From IMG/VR virus record IMGVR_UViG_3300012942_000057, positions 1 to 52,774 of that record: DNA of 52,774 bases. One strand, written 5' to 3'. The position numbers and the translations under genes are program-made. Under the pieces are notes generated by a model. That model worked only from the letters and a program-made list of their open reading frames with translations. It searched no databases and was not told the DNA's origin. This document shows, piece after piece, positions 34,747 to 45,846 of the stretch. Source of the stretch: a virus. Lineage: Duplodnaviria; Caudoviricetes. Each line of letters starts with the position of its first letter. Positions within the stretch are counted from its first letter, which is position 1.

Positions 34747-36393
34747 GTGTCTACAAATTACATCGACGAATATCTGATCAAGCTGGGCGCGAGCGTTGAC
34801 AACAGCGGCATGAACCGCTTTCACCAAGCACTGCGCGAGGCCACCGTCGTGGCTGACAGCAGCGCGGCTTCCATAGCCGGGGCGTTCTTCAAGGCGCAGA
34901 CCGAAGTAGTCAGCGGCTTCGCAGCCATCGGTACAGCCGCGCTGGGCATGGTGGATAAGGTCGCCATGGCCGACCAAAGCTACCGTCTGTTCGCTCTGCA
35001 CATGTACATGAGCAAGGAGAACGCGCGCGGCTTGAAGGTGGCCATGGACGCGCTGGATGCCTCTTTGGAGGACATGACTTGGGACAAGGAGCTGCGCGAG
35101 CGTACCCATCAACTTTTGGTGGACCAGCGTGTCATGGCTCCGAACGGCGATTTCGACGCGCAGATGCGCAAGATACGCGACATCCGCTTTGAATTTACGC
35201 GTTTGGAGGTGGAGTCGCAGTACCTCGCCATGCACGTTGTCACCGACTTCATGAATGCGTTGGGCTTCGGTCCGGACGAGCTGCTTAACAAGTTGCGCGG
35301 TATCAATGACTGGATAACTCACAACCTGCCGCGCATATCTGGTGCGATAGTTCACGATTTTCTTCCGGTGTGGAAGGACGTGAAGGAGGTGTTCTTTGCT
35401 ACCGCTGAAGCGGCCGAAGCTGCTGGGTTGGCGTTCACCAACGTCGTCGGACTGCTCACCGACGACCACGCCATTGAGGGCACCACGTTCAACCTAGAGA
35501 AGTTTGCCGGAGCAGTTGAGCACATCGTACACGGATTTGCGGTGTTCGCCGAGGCGGTGGCCAATGTCGAGGGGATGTTGGCGCACCTCGTAAGCGCGCT
35601 GGCTATGGTGGCCAGCGGAAACTTTTCTGGTGCGGCGGCAGAGCTTGGTGCAGCCTTCCATGACGTAACGGCCAAGGCTGTTGGCGGCGTCATTGGAGGC
35701 GTGGCGGGTGGTGTGCTCGGCAGTTTTGGCGGCCCGCTGGGTACTGCCGCTGGCGCCATGGGAGGCACCGCGCTTGGCGCCAACATCATGGACAAGGCGT
35801 TCGGCGGTAGCGGAACCGCCAGTGCGGGAAGCTCTGATGTAGCGGCATTGGTGCAGAAGTACGCCACACAATACGGCGTAGATCCGCGTCTAGCAGCCGC
35901 GCTGGCTACGCAAGAAAGCGGCATGCGGCAGTTCGGACCCAACGGCTCTGTGGTTACGTCGCGCACAGGTGCCATGGGGACTATGCAACTGACGCGCGCC
36001 ACCGCTTCCGCCTTGGGCGTTGACCGCTCCAACGCGGAGCAGAACGTGCAGGGCGGCATGGCGTTGTTTGCACATCTCTTGCAACGCTACCATGGAGACG
36101 TACCCACGGCCATAGCTGCTTACCACGAAGGCGAATCCAAGATGAGCGCCATACTCGCAGGCAGGGCAACTTTGTCTTCGGAGGCGCGTGGCGAGGTGGC
36201 TAGCGTGATGCGCAGGTCTGGCGCGCACGGTGACGTGCAGGTCGGCTCGATCATCATCCACATCGACAAGCCTGGCGCCGTCAATGCAGATGTTGGTAAG
36301 GCGGTGGTGGCGCACTTGCAGGACGCGCAGAACAAGCGCATCCAGCGCAATTTGGCAGAATTTCAAGACACCAGTTGGAGCTACGGAGGGTAG
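34747..36393 (+). CDS. tape measure protein with C-terminal lytic transglycosylase (SLT)
   Basis: IDEYLIKLG start, helical Ala-rich body, QESG, GAMGTMQL, AAYHEG. Confidence 0.9.
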   Translation: MSTNYIDEYLIKLGASVDNSGMNRFHQALREATVVADSSAASIAGAFFKAQTEVVSGFAAIGTAALGMVDKVAMADQSYRLFALHMYMSKENARGLKVAMDALDASLEDMTWDKELRERTHQLLVDQRVMAPNGDFDAQMRKIRDIRFEFTRLEVESQYLAMHVVTDFMNALGFGPDELLNKLRGINDWITHNLPRISGAIVHDFLPVWKDVKEVFFATAEAAEAAGLAFTNVVGLLTDDHAIEGTTFNLEKFAGAVEHIVHGFAVFAEAVANVEGMLAHLVSALAMVASGNFSGAAAELGAAFHDVTAKAVGGVIGGVAGGVLGSFGGPLGTAAGAMGGTALGANIMDKAFGGSGTASAGSSDVAALVQKYATQYGVDPRLAAALATQESGMRQFGPNGSVVTSRTGAMGTMQLTRATASALGVDRSNAEQNVQGGMALFAHLLQRYHGDVPTAIAAYHEGESKMSAILAGRATLSSEARGEVASVMRRSGAHGDVQVGSIIIHIDKPGAVNADVGKAVVAHLQDAQNKRIQRNLAEFQDTSWSYGG

Positions 36394-36401
36394 AGAGTAC
36401 A

Positions 36402-37310
36402 ATGTCAACTTCGCCTTCTGGATGGAGACCGCCGCAGTGGGCGAAGCCAGCCATGATCTCCATCACGGTTCCTGCCGGGTACACCACCGACACGCCCAAC
36501 AACACCCCGGTCAACGTCGACTCTAGCGGCGTTGGGCTGATCAACACGCAGCCTACCGCCGCTACTTCATACGTGTTCGACGCCGTTCTTTCTGCGGAGC
36601 ATGAACAAGCGCTGACAAAAACCAACCATCCTGTGCAAACCGGAGCCTCTGTCTCCAGCCATGCCTACATCGAACCGGCGCAGCTGGTGCTGTACGTGCT
36701 GATGTCGGACGTCACGCCGCAGTACGCATCCAGCAACCAATCGGCACCGCCCTACATGCAGCAGTGGACCGGCAATCCTTCCAAGAGCGTAGCTGCGTAC
36801 CAGCAGATGCTGGCGTTGCAGGCGGCGCGCATTCCGCTCACGGTGACGACAAGACTGCGCACCTACAACAACATGCTCATCCTCAAGATATCGCCGCGCG
36901 AGGACGAGAAGACCATTACCGGCGCGCGCTTCAGGGTGGAATTTGAACAGGTGTTCGTGGCGAACATACAGCTCAATCCACTGAGTGCACGCCCCAACGA
37001 CACGCAAACCACCGGTCTCGGCGCGGTGAACCCGACACCGGTTCCTGTCTCGGTGCAGAATCAATTCGGAGTCATGCCGTTCGGTCCTGGCGGTCCGAAT
37101 CCAGATCCGCCGCTGCCGCCAGACCTCAACAACGGCTCCACTCCGGTAGTGGATAACGGCATACCTGGCTATTTGTACAATACGCAGCCGGGTTTTCCGC
37201 CCACGTTCGTGCCACAGTACCCCAATTCCGTGACGGCTGTAGACGTACCGGGAGCTGGGGATTACTCGTCCAGCAATTACAACAGCTTACAGCAAACAGC
37301 GGGGCAGTAG
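36402..37310 (+). CDS. baseplate/tube initiator (Dit-like)
   Basis: FDAVLS.EH, T.HPVQTGA.VS.HAY..P, TRLRTYNNMLI. Confidence 0.8.
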   Translation: MSTSPSGWRPPQWAKPAMISITVPAGYTTDTPNNTPVNVDSSGVGLINTQPTAATSYVFDAVLSAEHEQALTKTNHPVQTGASVSSHAYIEPAQLVLYVLMSDVTPQYASSNQSAPPYMQQWTGNPSKSVAAYQQMLALQAARIPLTVTTRLRTYNNMLILKISPREDEKTITGARFRVEFEQVFVANIQLNPLSARPNDTQTTGLGAVNPTPVPVSVQNQFGVMPFGPGGPNPDPPLPPDLNNGSTPVVDNGIPGYLYNTQPGFPPTFVPQYPNSVTAVDVPGAGDYSSSNYNSLQQTAGQ

Positions 37311-37316
37311 CCATAT

Positions 37317-37652
37317 ATGGCGCAGCAAATCGTACCTCTGGCGCAGGCGCCAAACCAGACGTTCACAACACAGTTGACAGTGGACGGATCCCCACTCACG
37401 CTCAACCTAACGCTGGGCTACTCGGTGATGTCCGGCTGGTGGCAACTCAGCATCGCGGACGCGCAAAACAACATGCTCGTCTCTTCCTTGCCTCTCATCA
37501 CCGGCTACTACCCAGCCGCCAACATGCTGGCGCAGTACGGCTACTTGCAGATAGGAAGCGCCTACCTGCTCAATACCGGCGTAAGCACCAATGACTACCC
37601 CGGCCCAAATGATTTGGCTAACTTCTCGCTGCTTTGGAGCGACACGGTATGA
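37317..37652 (+). CDS. small baseplate protein
   Basis: IVPL...PNQTF, PLITG, LAQYGYL.IG. Confidence 0.75.
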   Translation: MAQQIVPLAQAPNQTFTTQLTVDGSPLTLNLTLGYSVMSGWWQLSIADAQNNMLVSSLPLITGYYPAANMLAQYGYLQIGSAYLLNTGVSTNDYPGPNDLANFSLLWSDTV

Positions 37653-38698
37653 GCGCTTCCACGATACCGTTGTTCGGACAGGCTTGGGAGCTCACCGTGC
37701 AATACCAGACCAGTGCTGGTACGCAGACGGCGGTGATTTCGGCTAACAAATGGGAGCCGGAGGCGCTGCGCATAACGTTCGACGTGGTGCAGTCCATGCT
37801 GCCTTCTCCTTGGTGGTACGCCGACATCGCCGTTTACAATCTAGACACGCCCACCACGCAGAACATCTTATTGAACGCTACGTGGGTGACTTTGAAAGCT
37901 GGGTTCCAGACTGGTCCAACGCTTTCATCCATCATATGGGACGGTCCTATTTTGCAGGTGCTGTTCGACCGCGAGCAGGTCGTAGACGCGCGCGTTACGC
38001 TGCACTGCGTGGCCAATCCGCTCGTCATGGACGACATCATCGGGTTCTCCATGGGACCGTACGCGTCGCAGGCGCAGCTGGTTGCGAAGATGGCCGCGGA
38101 AACCGGCTTGCCGGGAATTTCTCAGGCCAACGGCACGCTCAGTAGCTACGCATCGCAGGCGCTGAGCGCCAAGCAGTATCCGCGCGGCAACACCGTGTTC
38201 GGAAAGACGGGCAAATACCTGCACCAAATTGCGGACGATCAATTCATGACCACATGGCGCGATGGCAGCAAGGCGTACATATCGCAAGTTTCCAATGGAG
38301 ACGTCAACCCTACTCCGAATTACGTTTATAGTCCGCCGTTTCCACCCAATAGCACTCCTGCCGGACTGCCGGCAGGCACTACGCAGAGCATAACTGGCAC
38401 GCCGCGACAGACTCCGTTCGGTGTCATCTTCACTGTGCTGCTGGATCCGCGTCTAAGCGTGCAGCTTCCCCCGCTCGTCGTGCAGCTCGTACGCACGCTC
38501 ATCACGCAAATCGCCGTGCAGCCGGGGCAGACAGCCGCTTCGCCTTACAGCGCCAACCTTAGTTTCTTCGTCGCGCAGGTGCGTCACACTGGTGACTCGC
38601 GCGGAAACGATTGGTACACCGAAGTAACCGGCTATGGCACGACGTACGCCTCCAATCTTTTGGACGGCGTATTCGCGGCGTCTTCGTCAGGAGCATAG
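37649..38698 (+). CDS. baseplate hub protein
   Basis: LRITFDV, IAVYNL, LKAGF, HTGDSRGNDWY. Confidence 0.8.
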   Translation: MSASTIPLFGQAWELTVQYQTSAGTQTAVISANKWEPEALRITFDVVQSMLPSPWWYADIAVYNLDTPTTQNILLNATWVTLKAGFQTGPTLSSIIWDGPILQVLFDREQVVDARVTLHCVANPLVMDDIIGFSMGPYASQAQLVAKMAAETGLPGISQANGTLSSYASQALSAKQYPRGNTVFGKTGKYLHQIADDQFMTTWRDGSKAYISQVSNGDVNPTPNYVYSPPFPPNSTPAGLPAGTTQSITGTPRQTPFGVIFTVLLDPRLSVQLPPLVVQLVRTLITQIAVQPGQTAASPYSANLSFFVAQVRHTGDSRGNDWYTEVTGYGTTYASNLLDGVFAASSSGA

Positions 38699-38703
38699 AA
38701 TAC

Positions 38704-39432
38704 ATGGCAACATTCGCGCCGGGTCTAACACCATCTCAGATAAACTACGCTGAGCCTTCGCAGTGGCGGCAAATCGTGAAGCAAGCGCTGGATGATACCC
38801 GCTGTGCTACGCCAGCCTTCCTTGCGGAGGACTTGAACGCATCACAGCAGACCGTTACCGTGCAGATAGCCATACAGGAGCGCGTGCGACCGGCAAATGG
38901 AGCCGCGCAGTGGTGGGACGTGCCACCGATCGTGAACGTGCCCATCGTGGTGCCGCGCGGCGGAGGCTACAGCATAACGTTGCCACTCAAGAAGGGCGAC
39001 CAAGGATTGCTCGTGTTTTGCGATACGTGCTTCGACAACTGGTGGGTTAACGGTCAGCAGAACGCGCCACCGGCCTACAATGTTTCATCTCCGTCCGGCT
39101 CGCAGCGTCAGCTAGAGGTGCGTCGCCACCACGTCCATGACTGCGGCTTCTTGCCCGGCATGTGGAGCCAGAACAACCTGCTCAGCGACTACGCCACAGA
39201 TTCCTTGCAAATACGCTCCGACGACGGCGCGACGAGCATAGACGTGTCGGCCTCCGGCGTCCGCGTAAAGGGAACGTCCATTACGGCTGCGAACGGCGGA
39301 ACGGCACTGGCGCTCGTCAACGACAATTTCTATCAATGGTTTGTTGACGTTTACATGCCTTCCGTGCAGTACAAGACGACGCAACCGCCAGTACCGACAA
39401 ATCCAGAAACAACCATACTGAAAGGTCAGTGA
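38704..39432 (+). CDS. baseplate spike (Gp138-like)
   Basis: NVPIVVPRGGG..ITLPLKKGDQGLLVF.D, RRHHVHD. Confidence 0.85.
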   Translation: MATFAPGLTPSQINYAEPSQWRQIVKQALDDTRCATPAFLAEDLNASQQTVTVQIAIQERVRPANGAAQWWDVPPIVNVPIVVPRGGGYSITLPLKKGDQGLLVFCDTCFDNWWVNGQQNAPPAYNVSSPSGSQRQLEVRRHHVHDCGFLPGMWSQNNLLSDYATDSLQIRSDDGATSIDVSASGVRVKGTSITAANGGTALALVNDNFYQWFVDVYMPSVQYKTTQPPVPTNPETTILKGQ

Positions 39433-39827
39433 TGTCGACCGCGCCTACGATTCAATATCTTCGACTAGACGACCAAAACGATCCGACGTTCGACCCGACC
39501 GCGAACTTGACAGACGCGGAAGCCGTCAACCAGGCCATTCTCACGCGGTTGCGCCTGTTTCTCGGTGAATGGTGGGAGGACGCCAACCTTGGCTTGCCGG
39601 TATTCCAGTCCATACTGGGCCAGCTCGCCTCGTCGCAGGGCATCGCGGCTATGACCTTAGCCGTGCAGCAGAACGTGGAAGACGCTCCGTACGTCACGAG
39701 CGTCAGTCCGTTGAACGTCAACTTCAGCGACGGAATTCTAACTATCACCGGAACCGCTTACACGCAGTTCGGTCCGGTAGCTATCAATACCGCGCCCGCA
39801 CTAAGCGTGGCCGGGATAGGTACTTAA
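39432..39827 (+). CDS. baseplate wedge subunit (gp25/W-like)
   Basis: AVNQAILTRLRLFLGEWW.D...GLP. Confidence 0.8.
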   Translation: MSTAPTIQYLRLDDQNDPTFDPTANLTDAEAVNQAILTRLRLFLGEWWEDANLGLPVFQSILGQLASSQGIAAMTLAVQQNVEDAPYVTSVSPLNVNFSDGILTITGTAYTQFGPVAINTAPALSVAGIGT

Positions 39828-39831
39828 GTAT

Positions 39832-41058
39832 ATGAGCACACCAGCGTATTTTCCACCCTCTATCGGACCGTCCGGTCTGCAGGTGCCCTCTTACCAGGCC
39901 ATCATGGCCGACAATTTGCAGTCGTTCCTGAACATATACGGCGCGAACCAGTATGTGGCGCCAGACTCAGCCATCTACCAGCTGCTGAGCGCGCTCTCCA
40001 TAAAGCAGGCCGACGTAAATTTGGCGTTGCAATTGGCATACAACCAGTCATCGCCGCAAACCGCCGTAGGCGCTGGTTTGGACCGGCAGGTGAAAATGAA
40101 CGGGCTGGCGCGCGAGCCTTTCACGTTCTCCACTGCACTACTTACTGTAACGGGCGTGGTAGGCACCGTAATTGTCAACGGGTTTGCGCAGGACCAGCAA
40201 GGCAACCTTTGGTCGCTTCCAAGCTCGGTTACAATTCCTGGCGGCGGCTCTATCAGTGTGATATCCACTTGCACCACGCCCGGAGCGGTCACTGCAGAGC
40301 CTGGAACCATCAACATCGTCAACACGCCTACTGCCGGCTGGCAGTCCGTGACCAACGCCACAGCCGCTACAGCCGGTGAGCCGATAGAACCAGATTCGCA
40401 GCTGCGCGCGCGGCAAGCGGTATCGGTGGCGCTACCGTCGGTAACGCCTTTGGCGTCTACAATAGCCGCCGTATTGGCGGCCAAGGGCGTTATCAGGGTG
40501 GCACCGGGTTATCCTACGCCAGGCGGAGGCCCTGGGTCTTCCATTGAGAATCCGACCGGTGCCGTAGACAGCTGGGGGAATCCGCCGCATTCTATTTCCA
40601 TCGTGGCCGAGTGCACCAACACGCAAACGGTCGCCGAGGCGATTTACACCAAGAAAACAATAGGCTGCTTCACCAACGGTACTACAACGGTTCCTGTGGT
40701 CGACTCGACTACGGGGGTTACGGAGGACATCAGCTTCTACCAGCCAACCAACGTGCCGATCTACATCAGTGTTACACTTGTCGGGTACGGCAACACGGTA
40801 ACTTCCGCCACCATCGCGGCTGTTCAAACTGCCTTGGTCAATTATCTCAATGGACTCGCCATCGGCGAGACAGTGTCGGTGGGAGCGCTCTACTTCGAGG
40901 TGATGAAGGTGAACTCCAACATAAACGCTCCGACGTTCGGCACTTCTTCGCTGTTCGTGGGAACGGCTCCTTCGCCTGCCGGTACGGTGGATGTTCCGAT
41001 GCCAAATTTTTACTACAGCGCGCAAGGCATAGCGGCCAACGTGGTGGTGCTGACTTGA
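39832..41058 (+). CDS. baseplate J/gp47-like wedge protein
   Basis: P.TAVG.GLD, GW.SVTN, E.DSQLRAR, PPHSI. Confidence 0.88.
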   Translation: MSTPAYFPPSIGPSGLQVPSYQAIMADNLQSFLNIYGANQYVAPDSAIYQLLSALSIKQADVNLALQLAYNQSSPQTAVGAGLDRQVKMNGLAREPFTFSTALLTVTGVVGTVIVNGFAQDQQGNLWSLPSSVTIPGGGSISVISTCTTPGAVTAEPGTINIVNTPTAGWQSVTNATAATAGEPIEPDSQLRARQAVSVALPSVTPLASTIAAVLAAKGVIRVAPGYPTPGGGPGSSIENPTGAVDSWGNPPHSISIVAECTNTQTVAEAIYTKKTIGCFTNGTTTVPVVDSTTGVTEDISFYQPTNVPIYISVTLVGYGNTVTSATIAAVQTALVNYLNGLAIGETVSVGALYFEVMKVNSNINAPTFGTSSLFVGTAPSPAGTVDVPMPNFYYSAQGIAANVVVLT

Positions 41059-41693
41059 GTGCTAACCCGTACTACGGAGTACAAGGCTACGGCACGGGTG
41101 GTTACGGCAACGAGCCGATTGAGAACCTGCCGTTTGGGTACTATCTCTCCATACTAACGCACCAGTATGCGCCGCCGTCCTCGCCCAAGCTCAACGCCCT
41201 GCTGCAAGTATTGCTGCGAAAATTCGACGATGTTTCGCAGGTTTTGGTCAAGATGGACACCGCGCTGGATCTAGATGTGGCGGAAGGCGCGCAGTTAGAC
41301 ATGCTTGGCGCGACCGTAGGAGCGAGCAGGACTGTCGAATTTCAGCCGAGCGGCGGCGTAAGCCCGGTTCTGGACGATTCCACCTACCGTATCTACATTA
41401 AGGCCAAGATAGCTCAAAATCAATGGGACGGCACGATCAGCAGTCTGTACGGGATTTGGCAGGCGCTGTTTCCCGGCGGCTCCATTATCATCATTGACAA
41501 CCAAAACATGACGGCTGACATAACGCTCAAAGGTACGTTCACTTCCATAATCCAAGACCTTATCACCAACGGCTACATTGTACCAAGGCCGGAGGGGGTT
41601 CTCTATACGTATCTGTTCGGCACACTGCCGTTCTTCGGATTTGGCACGTCGCCCGGATTCATAGCCGGATTCGGCGAAGGGCATTGGGTGTAA
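41055..41693 (+). CDS. baseplate wedge protein (DUF2612-type)
   Basis: LDLDVAEGAQLD.LG..VG.SR, QNQWDGT, DNQNMT, PRPEGV; TTG start. Confidence 0.85.
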   Translation: MSANPYYGVQGYGTGGYGNEPIENLPFGYYLSILTHQYAPPSSPKLNALLQVLLRKFDDVSQVLVKMDTALDLDVAEGAQLDMLGATVGASRTVEFQPSGGVSPVLDDSTYRIYIKAKIAQNQWDGTISSLYGIWQALFPGGSIIIIDNQNMTADITLKGTFTSIIQDLITNGYIVPRPEGVLYTYLFGTLPFFGFGTSPGFIAGFGEGHWV

Positions 41694-41720
41694 CTCAAGC
41701 AATGAAAGGTGGCAGTACAA

Positions 41721-42671
41721 ATGGCTGGAACCACAAACGCGCTTCAGTGGAATCCCACTGCGGCCAACCAAGAAACAGACGCGCAGTACGCGGCGGATTC
41801 GCAGAGAGCCGGAGGGGCAACGAACCCCTCCGTCTTCGAAGCCGAGCTGGCCAATAAATTGTTCTACCAAACAACGACGTACGTCACAGCGCTGTTTCAA
41901 GCATTCGCGGCCAAGGGATTCACCACTTCTGACTCCAATCTGTCGACGCTGACCGCGCAATGCGCCAACTTCCTGACAACGGCGGACACCAAGCCGCTGC
42001 AGACCAATGTGGCGTTCTCTTCCACGCCAGTGTTCAACGGCAGTGCCGCGCAAAGCATCCGATTCGTGCTGAGCGGAAACGTGACCAGCTCTACGTTGAT
42101 CAATGTGCCTCCTGCCGGCACCTTGCTTACGTTCTTCATCGTGAGCACCAGTCCAGGCAATTTTAGCTTTGCGTGGCCTAGCAATGTAATAGATGCTAGG
42201 AATGTCAAGACGCAGAGCGATGGCGATCTATTCACACAGCAATTTATATCGGACGGATCCAATTTCTACGCCGCCGAGACGTTCTTGGCGGTATCCAATG
42301 CGCTGATAAACAACGCGCAAAATTCGGCCAACACCGCGCTGGCGCAAATAGCCGCCTTGAACTTTACCGCCACAAAGGCGGCTAACGGTTCGCAGAGTCT
42401 GCCGAGCGGCCTGATCATCAAATGGATGCAAGGAGGCGCGCTCAGCGGTAGCCAGAACGGCGTGGTGTTCTCTTCTAGCTTCGCTTCTGCGTTTCCCAGC
42501 ACTTGCTTGTGGGCGCATACTGGTGGGTTCGCCTCTGGCTCTGATTACGGTGAGATGCCGGTGTGGAGCACAGTGGGCTGGAATGCCAGCTCCGTATCGT
42601 ACTACTACCAACGCAACGCAGACCATGGCGGCATGACGGTGTCTCCGCTCATCATAGCGATTGGATTTTAG
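41721..42671 (+). CDS. short tail fibre with gp53-like C-terminal domain
   Basis: LANKLFYQ anchor; NGSQSLPSGLIIKW, F..AFP, ends IIAIGF. Confidence 0.8.
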   Translation: MAGTTNALQWNPTAANQETDAQYAADSQRAGGATNPSVFEAELANKLFYQTTTYVTALFQAFAAKGFTTSDSNLSTLTAQCANFLTTADTKPLQTNVAFSSTPVFNGSAAQSIRFVLSGNVTSSTLINVPPAGTLLTFFIVSTSPGNFSFAWPSNVIDARNVKTQSDGDLFTQQFISDGSNFYAAETFLAVSNALINNAQNSANTALAQIAALNFTATKAANGSQSLPSGLIIKWMQGGALSGSQNGVVFSSSFASAFPSTCLWAHTGGFASGSDYGEMPVWSTVGWNASSVSYYYQRNADHGGMTVSPLIIAIGF

Positions 42672-42685
42672 GGAGGCGTAGAAGC

Positions 42686-43075
42686 ATGGCCAGCGAAACT
42701 TCCACGCCCAATATCGGGCTTCAGATACCAGCATTCAATCAGGCAAATTGGCAGGTTCCCACAAACTTTAACTGGAATTTGCTGGACCAGATATTCGGAG
42801 GAGAGATAACGGTTCCGGCCTTGTCCGTAGCCAACTTCATCATCACCAATATCGGGCTTCAGATGGCCAACTCCTTCACGGTAGAGGTGCCTACCGGGGT
42901 GGTGCCGGGCAATGTGTACACTCTGGCCAACGTGCCGTCGGTTCTGTTTGGATTCTACTGGAACGGCGTGTTCCAGCGACCAGGCGTTGACTACACAAGG
43001 TCAGGAGCAGTCATAACATTCATTTCCTCCGCCACATCGGCGGGAGACAACGTTTACGCGGTCTACATGAAGTAG
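42686..43075 (+). CDS. tail fibre adaptor-like protein with NG..DY module
   Basis: TPNIGLQIP...W...N.NW.LLD anchor plus [12 protein letters not shown]. Confidence 0.7.
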   Translation: MASETSTPNIGLQIPAFNQANWQVPTNFNWNLLDQIFGGEITVPALSVANFIITNIGLQMANSFTVEVPTGVVPGNVYTLANVPSVLFGFYWNGVFQRPGVDYTRSGAVITFISSATSAGDNVYAVYMK

Positions 43076-43089
43076 ACGAAGAGGGCGCA

Positions 43090-45846
43090 ATGAAACTGCT
43101 GTATACGATGCTGCTTTTCCTAAGCTTCATTAGAATTGGCGGCTGCCAGACACGGATAGACCCGGCCAGCCAGATTTGGTGGCCCGGAGTCACTGGCACC
43201 GCCGATCCCGCGCTTCCGTGCACCGCCGCCAACTACGGCCAGCCGTACACCAACACGGCGGACAGCACGCAATTTATTTGCTCTACAGGCGGTTGGGAGC
43301 AGATTTCTGGCGGCGCAGTAAGCAGTGTATTCGGGCGCACCGGCAGCGTGATCGCCGCCACTGGCGACTATTCCTTTGCGCAGCTAGCAGGCAAGATGAA
43401 TTTCGCCACACAAGGTGTTGGCCTAGTGTCTGTACTCAACGGCGGTACTGGTACTTCCACGCCTTCGCTGGTGCAGGGCGCTAATATAACCATTACTGGT
43501 ACGTGGCCTAACCAGACTATCAATTCCACCGCGAGCGGTATGGTGTTCCCCTCCGCCGGTGTTGCGGTGTCTTCTGGAACTGCTTGGCTAACCTCTCTGA
43601 GCACGCCGTCAGGAGACTTGGTAGGCACAACTGGCACGCAGGCGCTTACGAACAAAACTTTGGACGGCGTATCGCCAACCACCATGAGCTTCTTGGACGC
43701 CACTAGCTCCGTACAGACGCAACTGAACGGAAAGCAGGCTGCTGGCAGCTACATCACTGGACTGTCCGTTGTTTCTGCCAATGGTTTTACTGGAACAGCT
43801 ACATCCTCAACCACTCCTGCAATTACTCTTGACGTGGACGGTGCGCACTATCTGCCGCTTCTCACCGACGAGGTCAATTGGAACGCCAAAGCCTCGCTTT
43901 CCTCTCCTTCGTTCACAGGCACGCCAACTGCGCCAACCGCGCCGCTCGGCACCAATACCACGCAAGTAGCCTCCACCGCGTTCGTGCTGGCCAATCTCCC
44001 AACCATAACCTTTCCGGCTAGCGGCGTCGCCGTATCGAGCGGAACCGGCTGGGGCGCATCACTGGTCGCCCCGAGCGGAGCCTTGGTCGGTACCACCGAT
44101 TCGCAGACACTGTCCAATAAGACACTGGTGGCGCCCGCGCTTGGAACTCCTTCTTCTGGTACGCTCACGAACGTCACCGGACTGCCTCTTACTACCGGGG
44201 TCGTAGGTTTGCTGCCAATTGCGAACGGTGGAACCGGCACCTCCACGCCTTCGCTGGTGCAGGGTGAGAACATCACCATCACAGGTTCCTGGCCGAACCA
44301 AACGATAACCGCCAGCGCCACGGCGGCTACGGCTTTCTCCGCCATAACTGGTGCCACTAATACGGCAGCTGCCATGGTGGTTGGCACCGGGGCCAGCCTA
44401 ACCGCCGCAGGTTCAGGCACCATCGCGGCCACTTCAGCGCCATACAGCGGCCTTACCGGCGACGTGCCAACGTGGAATCAAAACACCACCGGCACCGCCA
44501 CCAATCTTTCTGGGACTCCTGCGTTGCCCAACGGTACGACCGCCACCACGCAGACCACCGGAGACGACACAACCAAGCTGGCCACTGACGCGTTCGTGCT
44601 GGCCAACGCCTACATACTGCCGCAAGCCACTACATCCGTGCTTGGAGGCGTCAAATGCGATGGCACCACGATCGCCTGTGCTTCTGGCGTAATCAGCGCC
44701 ATTGGCGGAGGGGCGGTGTATCCCAGCGGTTCGGGCATTCCTGTGGTTGTCTCTGGCAGCTCGTGGGGCACGACGGTTGCAGCTCCTACAGGAACAATTG
44801 TGGGCACGACCGATACGCAGGCGCTGACCAACAAGACGCTAGACGGCGTGACGCCGACTACGATGGGGTATCTGGATGCTACCAGTTCGATTCAGACGCA
44901 GCTGAATGCCAAACAGGCAACGCTAGCCTTGACCACGACAGGAACCAGTGGATCATCCACGCTCACTGGAGCGACGCTGAATATTCCGAATTATACCTAC
45001 ACGCTGCCGCAGGCCACCACATCCGTGCTTGGAGGAGTGAAGCCGGACGGTACCACATGCACGACGACCGCAGGCGTACTGACTTGCCCTGGAAGCGGCG
45101 GAATTTCCGGACTAACGACCGGATATATCCCGGTCGCCAGTTCGGCTACCGCCATTGGCAACTCGCACATCGACGATGGTGCGACCGCAACAGGAGTCGT
45201 CACCTCTACTGAGCCTATTATCGCTCCAGGCTTCGGAACATCAGGGACAACGCCAGGCAAACTCAGCCTCGTGGCTGGTACGGGTAGCATACCGTCGCTG
45301 GCAGCTAACTCGGCTGGTTTCGCCGGACCTGCAACAGGCGGTACGGCCTATCTCTACAAACTACCGGCAACGGCGGTAGCTGGGATACTTCATGCCGCCG
45401 CGCCAGGCACGGTGGACGGAGTAAACGAATCGGCCATCACATCTTCACTGGTATCATTGACGGCAGACGTAACCGGTGCGCTGCCAAACGCAAACCTCGC
45501 CAATCCTTCCACAACCGTAAACGGCGTGACCTGCACCCTCGGCAGCACCTGCACGGTTACGACGAGCGGCATTGCCAACACGACAACCACGGTGGGAACG
45601 ACGGCTATCGCGGCTGGCGCCTGCACCAGCGCGACGACGGCGACCATGACGGGCGTCATGACCACCTCGGTGTTCATCTTCACTCCGAATGCGGACGTCT
45701 CGGGCGTGACGGGCTGGGGATCTACGGGAGGCCTGGCGATTGTGGCATGGCCTACTGCGAACACGCTGAACTACAAGGTGTGCAACCAAACGGCAGGCTC
45801 AATCACGCCGTCTGCCTCGGTGACGTTCAATGTGGGGGCACGATGA
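43090..45846 (+). CDS. repetitive fibre-like protein with N-terminal signal peptide
   Basis: [20 protein letters not shown]; fibre motifs [61 protein letters not shown]. Confidence 0.8.
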   Translation: MKLLYTMLLFLSFIRIGGCQTRIDPASQIWWPGVTGTADPALPCTAANYGQPYTNTADSTQFICSTGGWEQISGGAVSSVFGRTGSVIAATGDYSFAQLAGKMNFATQGVGLVSVLNGGTGTSTPSLVQGANITITGTWPNQTINSTASGMVFPSAGVAVSSGTAWLTSLSTPSGDLVGTTGTQALTNKTLDGVSPTTMSFLDATSSVQTQLNGKQAAGSYITGLSVVSANGFTGTATSSTTPAITLDVDGAHYLPLLTDEVNWNAKASLSSPSFTGTPTAPTAPLGTNTTQVASTAFVLANLPTITFPASGVAVSSGTGWGASLVAPSGALVGTTDSQTLSNKTLVAPALGTPSSGTLTNVTGLPLTTGVVGLLPIANGGTGTSTPSLVQGENITITGSWPNQTITASATAATAFSAITGATNTAAAMVVGTGASLTAAGSGTIAATSAPYSGLTGDVPTWNQNTTGTATNLSGTPALPNGTTATTQTTGDDTTKLATDAFVLANAYILPQATTSVLGGVKCDGTTIACASGVISAIGGGAVYPSGSGIPVVVSGSSWGTTVAAPTGTIVGTTDTQALTNKTLDGVTPTTMGYLDATSSIQTQLNAKQATLALTTTGTSGSSTLTGATLNIPNYTYTLPQATTSVLGGVKPDGTTCTTTAGVLTCPGSGGISGLTTGYIPVASSATAIGNSHIDDGATATGVVTSTEPIIAPGFGTSGTTPGKLSLVAGTGSIPSLAANSAGFAGPATGGTAYLYKLPATAVAGILHAAAPGTVDGVNESAITSSLVSLTADVTGALPNANLANPSTTVNGVTCTLGSTCTVTTSGIANTTTTVGTTAIAAGACTSATTATMTGVMTTSVFIFTPNADVSGVTGWGSTGGLAIVAWPTANTLNYKVCNQTAGSITPSASVTFNVGAR

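Noticed and set aside
43450-45045. DNA-level direct repeats in the fibre gene as a possible DGR template/variable pair
   Set aside because: Differences are mostly synonymous rather than adenine-specific, both copies are coding, and there is no reverse transcriptase
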